From a virus (Duplodnaviria > Heunggongvirae > Uroviricota > Caudoviricetes): a stretch of DNA of 33,325 bases. Positions 32,925 through 33,325 of the stretch are shown here, in pieces. The stretch lies in IMG/VR virus record IMGVR_UViG_2619619132_000007; one strand, written 5' to 3'. The notes beneath the pieces are model-generated. The model saw only the letters and a list, made by a program, of their open reading frames with translations. It had not been told where the DNA came from and ran no database searches. A program made the translations under genes and the position numbers. The stretch's first letter is position 1. The number at the start of each line of letters is the position of its first letter.

Positions 32925-33325
32925 TGAACCGCCCCGGGTTTCCTGGAGAGTGTTTTATCTGTGAACTCAGGCTGCCAGATCATCGTTTCCGATGGAAGCA
33001 TAATAAGCTTTTTCTGCTTCTGCCGGAGGAGTATGGCCCAGCCTTTCCAGCAATCGTCGATTGTTATACCAGTCCACCCACGTGAGTGTGGCCAGTTCCA
33101 CTTCTGCACGGTTTTTCCAGCTCTTACGGTGTATTACCTCCGCTTTGTAAAGACCATTGATGCTCTCCGCCATCGCGTTGTCATACGAGTCGCCTGTACT
33201 TCCTGTTGATGCCAGTAATCCGGCTTCCTTAAGCCGCTGTGTGTAGGCCAGCGATACATACTGAGAACCTTTATCACTGTGATGGACCGTGCCGGACGGT
33301 CGACGGGCCCATAACGCCTGCTCCA
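32925..33325 (-). mobile_element. IS3-family insertion sequence, 3' end only (continues past the window end)
   Basis: Terminus tgaaccgccccgggtttcctggagag at 32925 (5'-TG...CA-3' ends typical of IS3 family) and C-terminal OrfB sequence. Confidence 0.75.
32967..33325 (-). CDS. IS3-family transposase OrfB, C-terminal part (partial)
   Basis: Minus-strand translation ...HSDKGSQYVSLAYTQRLKEAGLLASTGSTGDSYDNAMAESINGLYKAEVIHRKSW...WVDWYNNRRLLERLGHTPPAEAE; third-Asp and Glu DDE region of IS3-family OrfB; ORF open to the window edge. Confidence 0.8.
   Translation of the reverse strand, partial: EQALWARRPSGTVHHSDKGSQYVSLAYTQRLKEAGLLASTGSTGDSYDNAMAESINGLYKAEVIHRKSWKNRAEVELATLTWVDWYNNRRLLERLGHTPPAEAEKAYYASIGNDDLAA

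Noticed and set aside
32717-33109. 130-aa minus-strand ORF spanning the IS3 terminus
   Set aside because: Crosses the IS boundary in a frame different from both OrfB and the adjacent prophage ORF; most likely a chance ORF.

Overview
This window is a lambdoid prophage segment of an Escherichia coli-type genome, with the late operon reading on the minus strand. All calls rest on my reading of the six-frame translations and recall of phage lambda and E. coli K-12 Qin proteins; no database search was run. Left to right: (1) an IS186 copy (1..1330, cut by the window edge) inserted in tail-fibre gene J; (2) a complete lambda-collinear tail and head gene set (I, K, L, M, H, G/G-T, V, U, Z, FII, FI, E, D, C/Nu3, B, W, A, Nu1) ending at cos (cosN 18154..18165); (3) a Qin-type accessory and late region (ynfO-like, ydfO-like, gnsB, cspI, Rz/Rz1 spanins, SAR endolysin, ydfR, holin, cspB, cspF, Q antiterminator with a candidate late promoter, ydfU, hokD, relBE, ydfV, flxA); (4) an rve-type DDE transposase insertion, a degenerate early-region remnant and an IS3-family element at the right edge. 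I found no clearly novel multi-gene system. The most unusual observation is three small ORFs each interrupted by a single in-frame TAG codon. No tRNA, rRNA or CRISPR array was seen.
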